In this document: piece after piece, positions 1 through 10,344 of the stretch
How the letters are laid out: each line of letters begins with the position of its first letter
Numbering within the stretch: the first letter of the stretch is position 1
DNA from: an uncultured Actinomycetes bacterium
GTDB lineage: Bacteria > Actinomycetota > Thermoleophilia > Gaiellales > Gaiellaceae
Length of the DNA: 64,000 nucleotides
Assembly (NCBI GenBank): GCA_963790845.1
Contig: CAWBQC010000007.1
Coordinates: 46,893 to 110,892 of the forward strand
Direction of reading: 5' to 3'
The notes under the pieces: model-generated
Told to the model about the DNA's origin: nothing
The model's input: the letters and a program-made list of their open reading frames with translations, nothing else
The model's database searches: none
Position numbers and translations under genes: made by a program

Positions 1-648
1 TCCAACGCCGGGCAGGAGAAGCACGGCCTGCGGCATGAGGTTGCGAACCGTCTCGAGCACCTCCGGATGCGTGGCGCCGACGACCGCGCCGAGCCTGGAG
101 AGCCCGCGTGCGCCGACGAGGTCCTCTCCCCAGCTGTCGAGGAGGCCCGCGATGTGCTGCCAGAGCGGCCGCCCGTCGGCGAGCACCAGGTCCTGGATGT
201 CCGCGCTGCCCGGATTGGACGTCTTGAGGATGGCGAGCACGCCGAGCCCTTCATGCGCGAAGAACGGCTCGAGCGAGTCGTAGCCCAGGTACGGATTGAC
301 CGTGACCGCGTCCGCGAGCGGCGCGAACGCGGCCGCATAGGCGCGGTCGGTCGAGGGGACGTCGCCGCGCTTGGCGTCGGCGATCACGATGAGCCCGGCG
401 TCTCGGGCGTACTCGCAGACCTCGACGAGCGCCGCCCAGCCCGTCGAGCCTTGCGCCTCGAAGAAGGCAGATTGCGGCTTGACGGCGACCGCATGCTCGG
501 CCACGGCGTCGACGATCCCCCGACAGAACTCCGCGACGCCGACGCCCGAGGGCATCAGCGCTGGATCGGGGTCGAGGCCCACGCACAGGGGGACGCCCTT
601 GTGTTCAACCGCCGCGGCGAGCCGATCCGCGAAATGCCCCGCGCTCAT
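1..648 (-). CDS. pyrF: orotidine 5'-phosphate decarboxylase (type 2); 3' end lies beyond the left window edge
   Basis: Absent from the ORF track because it has no in-window stop. Hand translation from the ATG at 648 stays in one frame to nt 1: MSAGHFADRLAAAVEHKGVPLCVGLDPDP...VKPQSAFFE...LIVIADAKRGDVPST...VTVNPYLG...LKTSNPG. GLDP and DAKRGD are OMP-decarboxylase signatures. Next to pyrE. Confidence 0.85.
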   Translation of the reverse strand, partial: MSAGHFADRLAAAVEHKGVPLCVGLDPDPALMPSGVGVAEFCRGIVDAVAEHAVAVKPQSAFFEAQGSTGWAALVEVCEYARDAGLIVIADAKRGDVPSTDRAYAAAFAPLADAVTVNPYLGYDSLEPFFAHEGLGVLAILKTSNPGSADIQDLVLADGRPLWQHIAGLLDSWGEDLVGARGLSRLGAVVGATHPEVLETVRNLMPQAVLLLPGVG

Positions 649-733
649 CGGCTGTCAGGATAGGCGTCCCCGAAGACGAAGAGGCCGCCCGAAGGCGGCC
701 TCTCGATCCTCGGAGGAGACGTTGGGCTCGTCT

Positions 734-1030
734 CTAGTAGGACGATCCCCCACTCTTGACGGCCGACTTGAGCCCGCTGCCGGCCGAGAACTTCGGGACG
801 CGTCGCTGCGGGAATGTGCACCTTCTCGGTCGGGTTACGCGGGTTGACGCCCGTGCGTGCCGCGCGGTTCTGCGGTCGAGAACTTGCCGAATCCCGTGAA
901 CGTGACCTCGCCTCTCCCCTTCAGCGTGTCCGTGATGGTTTCGAGGAACGCGTCGACAGCCTTGCCCGCGTCGCGCGTTCGACAGCTGCGCGCGGCGGGC
1001 CACCTCGGAAACAAACTCCTGCTTCGTCAC
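734..1030 (-). pseudogene. hup: HU-family nucleoid-associated DNA-binding protein, frame broken three times as assembled
   Basis: ORF 734..1030 starts MTKQEFVSEVARRAQLS and ends VPKFSAGSGLKSAVK (HU termini), but its middle is nonsense. The other two frames give DAGKAVDAFLETITDTLKGRGEVTFTGFGKFSTAE and RAARTGVNPRNPTEKVHIPAAT. There are three +1 frame changes near 970, 865 and 797. Confidence 0.8.
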
Positions 1031-1094
1031 TCTCTCCTCCAGTCCTTAGACGCTTTCTGGGCCTGAACGACCCTACCAACTCCGTGTTTGCCGC

Positions 1095-1652
1095 TCAACC
1101 ATGCGGTTTTGCGGGGGTTTTCTCCCCCTGTAGCAAGTCTTTTACCCGGAATATCGGACGGAGACGGACGGCGTGGCGCGCGAGAGCGTCCGCCCCGCCC
1201 TCCTCGCGATCGACCACGCAGACGGCTGTGCGGACGGCAAGACCCGCCTCGCGGACGGCCTCGATTGCCTCGAGGAGCGCTCCGCCGGAGGTCACGATGT
1301 CCTCGACGAGGCAGACGGTCTCGCCCGGCTCGAAGGGCCCCTCGATGCGATTTGCCGTGCCGTACTCCTTCGCCGCGTCGCGGACGATGAGGAACGGGAG
1401 CCCCGACGCGAGCGACGCGGCCGCGGCAAGCGCGACGGCGCCGAGCACCGGCGCCGCGAGCCGCGTCGCGTCGGGCTCGTGCTCGCGCACGGCCGCCGCG
1501 ATGCGCTCGCCGAGCGGGCGCAGAAGCTCGGGCCGCGTCTCGAAGCGGTACTTGTCGAGGTAGTAGCGCGACCGTTTGCCCGAGCGCAGGACGAAGTCGC
1601 CCTCGAGATAGGCGTGCGCGACAAGCGCCTGACCGAGCTCTGCGTCGCTCAC
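1095..1652 (-). CDS. pyrE: orotate phosphoribosyltransferase
   Basis: ORF 1095..1853. The conserved part begins at GTG 1652 (VSDAELGQALVAHAYLEGDFVLRSGKRSRYYLDKY...). PRPP-binding loop VCLVEDIVTSGGA. The ORF-track N-terminal 67 aa are Arg/Ser-rich and probably not translated. Confidence 0.9.
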   Translation of the reverse strand: MSDAELGQALVAHAYLEGDFVLRSGKRSRYYLDKYRFETRPELLRPLGERIAAAVREHEPDATRLAAPVLGAVALAAAASLASGLPFLIVRDAAKEYGTANRIEGPFEPGETVCLVEDIVTSGGALLEAIEAVREAGLAVRTAVCVVDREEGGADALARHAVRLRPIFRVKDLLQGEKTPAKPHG

Positions 1653-1856
1653 GCGCGACCTGACGCGCCGCGAGCGACGCGCTCCGCGAGCGGAACCAGC
1701 GTTGCCGGCCTCCGGAGAGCCGTCCGACGAACGAGACCATCGAGCCGTCGTCGAAGTAGACGTCGATCCGCTCGCGTCCGCCTGCGAACGAGCGCCGGTA
1801 GGCGACGCTGCCCGCGCAGCATGCCGGTGGCGAAGCCCGCGATGCGAAGCCACGCT

Positions 1857-2252
1857 TCACTCGGCCTTCTTCACGCTGGCTTCGCCTCCACCGCGGCGGA
1901 GGCAGCGCTTCAGGTCGTAGAAGACGAGACCGGCGCCGTCCGCTCGGCTCGCCACCGTCGACGACGGTCCGCCGCGCCTGCGCCGGTCACGGCGAAGACG
2001 CTCGCCGTCGCCGAGTCGAGGCATCGAGTCTGGGTCACGCGGATCGCCGTCGCTGCGGAACGCGCCGGCGCGGTCCAGCAGCTCGCGCGCTGCGCGCGCA
2101 ACCGCGTCCGCCTGCTCCTCGGCGACGCCCACCGAGCCGGCGGCGTGCCGTCTCCGCCATGACGGCCGCCGCCTCGATCTGCGAGCGAGATCTCGGTCGA
2201 GATCGGCGAGCGCTCGCCCGGCATCCACGACTCCGACGCTATCAAGGTGCAA
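1857..2252 (-). CDS. hypothetical protein (start probably GTG 2132)
   Basis: ORF 1857..2252 with high third-position GC: ...VGVAEEQADAVARAARELLDRAGAFRSDGDP...GAGLVFYDLKRCL.... It shares an ATGA overlap with a second possible short ORF starting at 1860 (...RIDVYFDDGSMVSFVGR...) that has no in-frame stop before pyrE. No family recognised. Confidence 0.25.
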   Translation of the reverse strand: MHLDSVGVVDAGRALADLDRDLARRSRRRPSWRRRHAAGSVGVAEEQADAVARAARELLDRAGAFRSDGDPRDPDSMPRLGDGERLRRDRRRRGGPSSTVASRADGAGLVFYDLKRCLRRGGGEASVKKAE

Positions 2253-3185
2253 ACTTCGCGTCCGTGCGCATCCGCAAGCGGCCAGCTCGACACAAGTTCT
2301 TCGCCGACCGCGGCACGCATCTCGCTGCGATGGTCGCGTACTTCGCGCTCCTCTCGTTCGTGCCCCTGATCTTCCTCGCGCTGTCGCTGCTCGGCCTCGT
2401 CCACCGCGCCGACGCGTCGGACTTCCTCATCAAGGAGCTGAAGCGCGCGTTCCCGAGGACCTCGCTCAAGAGCATCCTCAAGCTCGTCCACCGGGTGCAG
2501 GACAACGCGGCGACCCTCGGGATCATCGGCGGCGTCGCGCCTGCTCTGGTCGTCGCTCTCGCTCTTCAGCGCGCTCGAGTCGGCGTTCAACATCGTCTAC
2601 GGCCGGCCGAACCGGCGCTTCCTGCACGGGAAGCTGGTGGCCGCGGCCCTCGCGACGAGCGTCCTCACGACGCTGTTCGCGAGCCTCGTCGTCGGCGCGC
2701 TCGGCGTCGAGCGTCCTGAAGCGACAACCTGGGGCGTTCGCCGACAGCCCGATCCTCGCGTACATCGTCTCGATCGCCGTGTCGCTCGCCGGCGTCTTCG
2801 TCTTCGTGCTCGCGGTCTACCGCTGGCTGACGAACGCGCGGGTGGACGGTGCGCGACGTGCTCCCCGGCGCGATGATCGGCGGCGATCGTGCTCGAGGCG
2901 TCGTTCCAGGATCTGCCGATCTTCGTGCGGCTCGCCGACGTGAACCTGACGCTGCGCGTGCTCGGCGGCCCGGTGATCCTGCTGCTCTGGCTCTACCTGA
3001 TGGCGAACGTGATCGTCTTCGGCGCCGAGATCAACTGGTGGCTCGAGCGGCGAGCGCTACGCACCGAGCCCGCTCGCTCGACAGCCTCGCGTAGCGCGCG
3101 CGCCGCGCGCGCCCGATGCGAGTGCGTCGCCTTCCACGTCGTCGCCGAGCTCGCCGACCGTCGCGCTCCTCGCCGTCGGGGATGA
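2159..3185 (+). pseudogene. YihY/BrkB-family integral membrane protein, frameshifted as assembled
   Basis: Family-typical segments lie in different frames: FFADRGTHLAAMVAYFALLSFVPLIFLALSLLG (ORF 2159..2719), LVAAALATSVLTTLFASLVVGALGV (ORF 2637..2876), PVILLLWLYLMANVIVFGAEINWWLE (ORF 2889..3185). At least 3 frame changes. True stop uncertain (3094-3185). Confidence 0.7.
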
Positions 3186-3637
3186 AGACCGGGTCGTAGC
3201 CGAAGCCCTCCTCGCCGCGCGGCTCGTCGCGATCCGGCCTTCGAGCGATGCCGGTGCCGCGCAGCTCTGCGCCGTCGGGCGCGATCGCGACGAGCTCCGA
3301 CACGTAGCGCGCGCGCCGGTCCTCGACGCCCTCGAGCTCGCCGAGCAGCTTCGCGATCGCCGGCGCACCCTCCGGCGCGTAGCGCGCCGAGTGCAGGCCG
3401 GGGCGGCCGCCGAGCGCAGCGACCTCGAGGCCGGAGTCCTCGCCGATCGTCCAGCCCGGCCGCGTGCTCGCGACCGAACGCGCCTTGAGGCGCGCGTTCT
3501 CGTAGTACGTCGCGCCGGTCTCCGGCGGATAGTCGTCCGCGTCGAGCGGCTCGATCGTCCAGCCGGGCATGAGCGCCTCGAGCTCGCGCGCCTTGTGCGC
3601 GTTGCGCGAGCAGAGCGCCGCGTATCAGTCGGTCCAC
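2993..3637 (-). pseudogene. rdgB: RdgB/HAM1 non-canonical purine NTP pyrophosphatase, frameshifted as assembled
   Basis: Pieces in three frames: (V)DRLI / [27 protein letters not shown]...ENARLKA...[23 protein letters not shown] (ORF 3031..3570), [37 protein letters not shown]. The GTG at 3637 overlaps the mgtC stop. At least 4 frame changes; 3' end between 2993 and 3057. Confidence 0.75.
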
Positions 3638-4319
3638 CGCACCTCGAGCACGCCGTCGATCTCGCCGACGTCGGCGACGACTGCGCGGGGCCTCGATGCC
3701 GCTGCAGCTCGACGTCGATGCCGACGAGCGCCGGTCGCCCTCCTGCGCGATCTCGAGCGAGACGACGCGGCCGCCGCGTCGCTCGATCGCCTCGAGCACG
3801 GCACCGGGCTGCCGCCCGCCGGGATCTCGACGAGCAGCCGGTCGACCTGGGGGCGGTACCGGCTGCACGATCCGGTAGGCGACGATGCGGAGCGGCCCGA
3901 GCGTGAGCAGCGCGCCGAGCGGTCGCGATGAGCGCGGCGCTGTAGTAGCCCGGCGCCCGACGCCATGCCGATCGCGGCGACGAGCCAGAGCGTCGCGGCG
4001 GTCGTGAGCCCGCGCACGGAGAGGCCCTGGCGGATGATCGCGCCCGCGCCGAGGAAGCCGATGCCGCTGACGATCTGCGCCGCGATCCGCGTCGGGTCGG
4101 TGCGGACGAGCGAGCCGCCGTCACGAGGAACTCGCGGAAGCCGTACGCCGACACGAGCGTGAAGAGCGCCGAGCCGACGCAGACGACGAGGTGCGTGCGC
4201 AGTCCCGCCTGCCGCTCGCGCAGCTCGCGCTCCAGCCCGATCGCGCCGCCGAGCGCAGCCGCGACGAAGAGGCGCAGCAGCACGTGCGGCCAGCCGATCG
4301 TGTGGACGATCGCGAGCAA
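3625..4319 (-). pseudogene. mgtC: MgtC/SapB-family membrane protein, frameshifted as assembled
   Basis: [61 protein letters not shown] (frame of ORF 3057..5045), then [21 protein letters not shown] (ORF 3625..4017), ending ...[21 protein letters not shown] start at 4319, one nt after the rph stop. Confidence 0.7.
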
Positions 4320-4320
4320 G

Positions 4321-5045
4321 CTAAGGGAGCTGCAACGCGCGACCGCCTCCGCCTGAAGCTCTCGCGATCTCGCCGATGCCCGCTCGCGCGAGCGCGAGCA
4401 GCTCGTCGAGCGTCTCGCGCGTGAACGGGTCGCTTCTCGGCCGTCGCCTGCACCTCGATCGAGCCGGCCGTCGCCGGTCATCACGACGTTCATGTCGGTG
4501 TCGGCGTTCGAGTCCTCCGAGTAGTCGAGGTCGAGCAGCGGCACGCCGTCGACGACGCCGACGGAGACCGCGGCGACCGAGTCGAGGAACGCGCGCGAGA
4601 GGCCGAAGCGGTCGAGCGCGCGCTTCGCGGCGACGTACGCGCCGCAGATCGCCGCGCAGCGCGTGCCGCCGTCGGCCTGGAGCACGTCGCAGTCGAGCCA
4701 GAGCGTCCGCTCGCCGAGCGCCTCGAAGTCGACGACCGCGCGAAGCGCGCGCCCGATCAGCCGCTGGATCTCGACCGTGCGCCCCTGCTGCTTGCCGCGC
4801 GACGCCTCCCGCTCGACGCGGTCGCCGGTCGACGCCGGCAGCAGCGAGTACTCCGCCGTCATCCAGCCGCGCCCCTGGTTGCGCAGCCAGCGCGGGACTG
4901 TCCTCCTGCACCATCGCCGTGCACAGCACCTTCGTCTTGCCCTGCGTGATCGACGACAGAGCCGTGCGGGTTCTCGAGATAGTCCGGCTCGATCGAGAGC
5001 GGCCGGAGCTGCGTCGGGCTTGCGGCCTCCTTCGCTCGCGCTCAT
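4321..5045 (-). pseudogene. rph: ribonuclease PH, frameshifted as assembled
   Basis: The ATG at 5045 is preceded by GAGGAGG. Reassembled across three frames: [11 protein letters not shown] / [18 protein letters not shown] / [19 protein letters not shown] / [53 protein letters not shown]...[21 protein letters not shown]...NVVMTGDG / [32 protein letters not shown]. About 5 frame changes. Confidence 0.85.
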
Positions 5046-5866
5046 GCCGCCGCCTCCTCGAGCTGTCGCGACGCGTCACGTGCTCGACCTCGCCGATCGG
5101 CAGCTGCAGGAAGCGGCGCCCCATCTCGCGGAAGGCGGCCGGGTCGCCCGTCGTGAGGAAGCGGTAGGCGCCATCGCGGCCGCGTCGTTCTCGATGCCCT
5201 TGCGCGCGAGCGTCTCCGCCACCTCGCGCGCCGTCTCCTCGGCTGAGAAGACGAGCGTCACGTCGCGGCCGAAGACGCGCTGGAAGATCGGGCGGATCAG
5301 CGGGTAGTGCGTGCAGCCGAGGATCACCGTGTCGACGCCCTCCGCCTTGCAGCGGCGCCGCGTACTCGCGCACCGCGCGCTTCCGTCTCCTCGCCGTACG
5401 GGTCGTCGCCCTCGATCAGCGGCACGAGCCGCGGGCACGCGACCGGGTAGAACGAGATGCCGGCGTCGAGCGCGTGCACGAGCTCGTCGTAGCGGCCGGC
5501 GTCGACCGTCGCCGCGGTGGCGAGCAGGCCGACGTGCCGGTTGCGCGTCGCCTGCACGGCGGCGTGCGCCTCGGGCGTGATCACGCCGATCACCGGCACG
5601 GCGAGCTCCTCCTGCAGCTGCGGCAGCGCAGCGGAGGTCGCGGTGTTGCACGCGACGACGATCAGCTTCACGTCCTGCTGCTCGAGATAGGCGCCGATCT
5701 CGCGCGCGAAGCCGCGGATCTCCTCGAGCGGACGCGGCCCGTACGGCAGCCGCGCGTGGTCGCCGAGGTAGACGAAGTCCTCGTGCGGCATCGTCACGAG
5801 GCACTCGTGGAGGACGGTCAGGCCGCCGACCCCGGAGTCGAAGACACCAACCGGCCGCGGGTCCAT
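5042..5866 (-). pseudogene. murI: glutamate racemase, frameshifted as assembled
   Basis: From the ATG at 5866: [21 protein letters not shown]...[15 protein letters not shown]...[15 protein letters not shown] (ORF 5324..6187), then [23 protein letters not shown] (ORF 5076..6386), then [28 protein letters not shown] (ORF 4321..5373). The likely stop is the TGA at 5042-5044, forming an ATGA overlap with the rph start. Confidence 0.85.
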
Positions 5867-5899
5867 GCGTGCATCGTAAAGGCGCGGTAGCGTGCGGTC

Positions 5900-7304
5900 G
5901 TGAGTCGGGCTCGGCGTCCTCCTCGCCGTCGCGTTCGCCGTGTTCGTCTGCGGCGGATCCGCCTCCGCCGCGCGCGACTCGACGCAGGAGCTGACGATCA
6001 AGGTCTCGGACGGGGCGAAGCTCGCCTGCGCGCTCGTCCTCCCGACGCGGCAGCACCCGCCGGCGGCTGGCCCGGGGTGATGCTCTTCCACGGCCTCGGG
6101 CAGAGCCACGCCGGACATGGAGCCGATCGCGAGCGCCGCTCTCGCACCCGTCGGGTTCGCCTCGCTCGCGTGCGACGCCCGCGGCACCGGCGCGTCGGAG
6201 CGGCATGTTCGGGCTCGACGGCCCGAAGGACGTGCAGGACACGCGCGATCTCTTCGACTGGCTCGCCGCGCGGAGCGACGTCTCCGACACGCAGATCGGC
6301 GCGTTCGGCCTCTCGCTCGGCGGCGGCGCGGTCTGGAACGCAGCGGTTGCCGGCGTTCCGTTCAAGGCGATCGTCCCGGCGATCACCTGGACGAATCTCG
6401 CGACCGCGCTCGCCCCGCAAGGGCGTCCCGAAGACGCCGGGCTCGTCGGCTAGCTCGCGCCGGTCGTGCCCGTGCTCGCAATGGGATCCCTCGCTCACGC
6501 GGCCAGCGGACAGCCTGCTCGCCGGGAGCATGACACGGCGACGGTCAAGAGCGCGGAGGCGGCGCGCTCGTCGCGCTCCAAGCTCCACTCGCTCACCGTC
6601 GCCGACGCTGCTGATCCAGGGACGCCACGACTTCCTCTTCGACATCGACCAGGCGCTCGCGGCCTACAAGCTGCTCGCGGGCCCGAAGCGGCTCTACCTC
6701 GGCGATCTCGGCCATCCGCCCGCCACGAACCCCCGGCGGAGCTCCCGACGTACCTCGGCGAAGCCGTCGCCTGGTTCGGGCACTACCTCGTCGGAATCGA
6801 ACCGCTCGGCGGAGGCCTCGAGCTCGCCAGCGACCCGTGGGACGGGACGGTGACCTCGTACAAGGCGCCGCCGCCCACGCGGCACACGACCGTGAACCTC
6901 CCGGGAACGAAGGGGATCGCCGCCAACGGGACGGTACGACGCTCGGTTCGGCTGACGGGCGGGCCGCTCGAGACGTTCGGAGACAGCTTCGTCAGTGTCC
7001 GGTACTCCGGCAACACCGGCGCCTTGACGGCGATCCGCGCGATGGTCTCCGAGAAGGGGAGCAGTACGCCGATCACGGTTGGCGCTGCGAAGCTCGGCAA
7101 GCGAGCGGGCGTGGTGAAGATCCCGCTTCTCGACGAGGCCGTGCTGCTGCCCGCGCGGCAAGAAGCTCGTCGTGACGCTCGGCTCGACGCACGGCAGACG
7201 GCGTCTACCTCCCGTTGTTCGGCGGCCCGGGCGGGCCGCAGGTGATCACCATCGGCCGCGTCACGCTCAACCTGTCGCTGCTCAAGAAGACCGTCTCGCG
7301 TTAG
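5900..7304 (+). pseudogene. secreted alpha/beta hydrolase (CocE/NonD or S15 peptidase-like), frameshifted as assembled
   Basis: Signal-like [21 protein letters not shown]. Then [33 protein letters not shown] (GxSxG nucleophile elbow, ORF 6205..6453), PTLLIQGRHDFLFDIDQA, then a beta-rich C-terminal domain (ORF 6466..7245) ending ...GRVTLNLSLLKKTVSR* (TAG 7302-7304). At least 5 frame changes. Confidence 0.6.
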
Positions 7305-7314
7305 CGTCCGCCGC

Positions 7315-8259
7315 ATGGCGGCGACGATCCGGATCGGCACGTGCTCGTGGGCGGACGAGGCGCTCTCGAAGTGGTTCTATCCGCCGAAGCTGCCGGCGAA
7401 GGAGAGGCTCGCCTGGTACGCCGAGCACTTCGACACGGTGGAGGTCGACTCGACCTTCTACCGGCTGCCGAGCGAATCGATGGTGCAGGGCTGGGCGGAG
7501 CGGACGCCCGACGGGTTCACGATGCACATCAAGGCGTTCGGCCTCATGACGCGGCATCCGGTCAAGGCCGAGACCATCCCGCCGGGCCTCCGCGAGGAGA
7601 TGCCGCTCGACGAGCGCGGGCGCGTCGACCGGCCGCCGCGCGAGCTCCGCGGCGAGGTCTTCAAGCTCTTCCTCGAGGCGCTCGAGCCGCTTCGTGCCGC
7701 CGGCAAGCTCGGCGGAATCCTGTTCCAGCTGCCGCCGTACGTCGTCTACAAGGACTACTCGCTCGACTACCTCGAGTGGGCCCGCGAGCAGCTCGGCGGG
7801 CACGAGATGCTCGTCGAGTTCCGCCACCGCTCGTGGCTCGACGACGAGAACCGCGCGGCGAGCCTCGCCTTCCTCGAGCGGATCGGGGCCGGCTACGTCG
7901 TCGTCGACGCGCCGCGGTCCGAGACGGCGAAGAACCTCGTTCCGACCGTCGTCGCGACGACGTCCCCGATCGCCTACGTCCGCTTCCACGGCCGCAACCT
8001 CGGGACCTGGAACAAGCGCGGCGGCTCGGCGGCCGAGCGCTTCGACTACCTCTACTCGGACGAGGAGCTCGGGGAGTGGATGGAGCCGTTGCGCGAGCTC
8101 GCGGGACAGTCCGAGCAGGCGTATGCCTTCTTCAACAACAACGCCTCGTCGGAGGATCCGGACAACCCGCTCCGCCGCGTCTCCCAGGCGGCGACGAACG
8201 CGCGGCAGCTGCGCGGGCTCCTCGACGTGAACCGGATCGCGGCGAGCGGCGGAGCATGA
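7315..8259 (+). CDS. DUF72 (YecE-like) family protein
   Basis: Intact 314-aa ORF: IRIGTCSWADEALSKWFYP...YAEHFDTVEVDSTFYRLP...ILFQLPP...RFHGRN, the typical DUF72 pattern. Confidence 0.85.
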   Translation: MAATIRIGTCSWADEALSKWFYPPKLPAKERLAWYAEHFDTVEVDSTFYRLPSESMVQGWAERTPDGFTMHIKAFGLMTRHPVKAETIPPGLREEMPLDERGRVDRPPRELRGEVFKLFLEALEPLRAAGKLGGILFQLPPYVVYKDYSLDYLEWAREQLGGHEMLVEFRHRSWLDDENRAASLAFLERIGAGYVVVDAPRSETAKNLVPTVVATTSPIAYVRFHGRNLGTWNKRGGSAAERFDYLYSDEELGEWMEPLRELAGQSEQAYAFFNNNASSEDPDNPLRRVSQAATNARQLRGLLDVNRIAASGGA

Positions 8260-8957
8260 ACGTCGTCTCCATCGTCCACGGCGAGGACGCGGGCGCCTCG
8301 CTGTTCGGGCCCCTCGTTGCCGAGGCGGGACACCGCCTCGACGAGTGGAGCTTCGGCTGGGGCGCGCCGCCTCCGCAGCCCCTCGACGCGTACGACGCGG
8401 TGCTCGTCTTCGGGGGCGCGATGCACGTCGACCACGAGGACGCTCACCCCTGGCTTCGCGAGGAGGCGAGCTGGCTGCGCGAGCTCGTCCAGGGGACGAC
8501 GCCGACGCTTGGAATCTGCCTCGGCTCGCAGCTCCTCGCGCAGGCCGCAGGCGCCCCGGTCGGGCCGCTGGCGGAGCCGGAGATCGGCTGGTGCGAGGTC
8601 GAGTTGACGGAGGCCGGCGGCGCCGATCCCGTCCTCTCCTCCCTTCCGCAGCGCTTCGACGCGCTGCAGTGGCACCACTACGGGCACGGCCTGCCCGAGG
8701 GCGCTGTCGCGCTCGCGCGCAACGACGCGTCGCTCCAGGCGTTCCGGCTCGGCGACGCCTGCTGGGCGTCCAGTTCCATCCGGAGGTGACCGAACCGCAG
8801 CTGGGCCGCTGGATCGCCGACGGGAGCGACCCGCCGCCCGACGCCGAGCGGCTGCTGCGCGAGACGCGCGAGCGGATCGGACCGTGGAACGAGCTCGGAC
8901 GTCGGCTCTGCCGCTCGTTCCTCGTCGCTGCCGAGCGACTCGTCACGTGCCGGCTGA
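8256..8957 (+). pseudogene. class I glutamine amidotransferase-like protein, frameshifted near 8760
   Basis: The ATG at 8256 overlaps the DUF72 stop (ATGA). MNVVSIVHGEDAG...VLVFGGAMHV...LGICLGSQLLA (nucleophile Cys), then GVQFHPEV in the frame of ORF 8345..9766. The 3' end is uncertain; TGA 8955-8957 is proposed. Confidence 0.65.
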
Positions 8958-9766
8958 CGCCCTCGCTCTCACGCTCGCCGCCGCCGTCCTTCACGCGAGC
9001 TGGAACGTGTTCCTGCGCGGCTCGGACGACGTCGAAGCCAGTTTCGCGGTCGTCCTCGGGCTCTCGCTTCTCCTCTTCGCGCCGGTCGCCGCGGCGACAT
9101 GGTCGGTGTCGTGGGCGGTCGCTCCCTACGTCGCCGCATCGGCCGTGTTCGAGGGTCTGTACTTCGCGCTGCTCGTCGCCGCCTACCGCCGCCGTGAGCT
9201 GTCGGTCGTCTACCCAGTCGCTCGCGGATCCGCCCCGCTCCTCGTGCTCCTCGGGACGGCCGTCGTGCTCGGTCGCCACGTCTCGGTGGCAGCAGCGGCC
9301 GGCGTCTGTCTGGTCGCCGTGGGCGTCGTCCTCGTGCGCGGCTTTCACACGCAGCGACGAAGGCGTGCTCGTCGCGCTCGCCATCGGCTGCGCGATCGCC
9401 GGCTACACGCTCGTCGACAAGGACGGGCTCCATCACGCGGCGGCACTCCCCTACCTCGAGCTGGTGCTGGCCCCGGTCGGGCTGATTGCGGTGCCGATCG
9501 TCGCGGTGCGGCGAGGAGCTCGGGCGCTCCGCGCTCAGCTGACCGCGTCAACGGTGGTCGCCTCGGTGGCGGCCTTCGGCGCGTACGCGCTCGTGCTTGC
9601 GGCACTCCGGCTCGCGCCTGCTCCGGAGGTCGCCGCGGTTCGCGAGACGAGCATCGTCCTCGCGACGCTGCTCGCCGCCGTGTTCCTCCGCGAGCGCGTG
9701 GGACCGACGCGACTCGCGGGCGCAGCCGTGGTCGCGGGCGGCGTGGCGCTGATCGCGCTGTCCTGA
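8947..9766 (+). pseudogene. EamA/DMT-family transporter, one frameshift near 9350
   Basis: From the GTG at 8947: VPADALALTLAAAVLHASWNVFLRG...VVYPVARGSAPLLVLLG (ORF 8884..10344), then VALAIGCAIAGYTLVDK...VAAVRETSIVLATLLAAVFLRERV...GVALIALS* (ORF 8345..9766). Confidence 0.7.
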
Positions 9767-9831
9767 CGTCCGACGGGCCGTTCACGATTGCGGCGGTTGG
9801 GGGCCCTAGGCGGAATCCTGGAGGTGGCGAC

Positions 9832-10344
9832 ATGCGGTTCGACCTGAAGCAGCTCAACACCCTGGATCGTGTGATTGCCGGCGGTGCGGCCGTCGCGTTC
9901 ATCGCGTCCTTCCTGCCCTGGTACGGCGTCAGCGTCGGGCCGTTCAGCGCATCCGTGAGCGGCTGGTCGGCGGGCTTCACCGCGTGGGCGGGAGCGCTGC
10001 TCCTCACCTTCGCGGGAGTGCTCCTGGTGCTCCGCCGCTCGGGCGCCACGTTGCCTTCGCTTCAGGTCGGCCCGTCGGTGCTCGTAGCCGGCATCGCAGC
10101 GCTCGGCCTGCTGCTCGTGATCATTCGCTGGGTGAGCCTGCCTCGCTACCACATCAGCGACCTCAGCTACGACGCCGGCGCAAGATACGGCCTCTACATC
10201 GCGCTCATCGCCGGCATCGCCGCGGTCGCCGCTGCAGTCATGCAGATGCGGGCGTCCGGCGAGGAGATGCCGTGGGCTCAGGCGCAGCAATCCACGGCAG
10301 CGCCGGAGCCTCCTCCCGAAGCTCCGCCGGCCCCCGAGGAGTAA
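9832..10344 (+). CDS. integral membrane protein with Pro/Ala-rich C-terminal tail (hypothetical)
   Basis: The ATG at 9832 is preceded by GGAGGTGG. MRFDLKQLNTLDRVIAGGAAVAFIASFLPWYGV..., with 4 predicted hydrophobic spans and the tail ...STAAPEPPPEAPPAPEE*. Confidence 0.6.
   Translation: MRFDLKQLNTLDRVIAGGAAVAFIASFLPWYGVSVGPFSASVSGWSAGFTAWAGALLLTFAGVLLVLRRSGATLPSLQVGPSVLVAGIAALGLLLVIIRWVSLPRYHISDLSYDAGARYGLYIALIAGIAAVAAAVMQMRASGEEMPWAQAQQSTAAPEPPPEAPPAPEE

Noticed and set aside
3057-5045. 662-aa minus-strand ORF across rph, mgtC and rdgB
   Set aside because: This is read-through of one frame. It contains genuine blocks of rph and mgtC separated by Arg/Ser-rich nonsense. The genes have their own starts and stops once frame changes are allowed.
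7282-9384. 700-aa minus-strand ORF (similar cases: 30876..33194, 25477..27369, 42117..43928, 55310..57145, 16244..18076, 13459..14397)
   Set aside because: These are antisense to genes with unambiguous family motifs (DUF72, GATase, add, SBP, topA, CDF, hmgA). Their composition is dominated by R/A/G/D/E repeats and none has a recognisable domain. They are GC-driven open frames.
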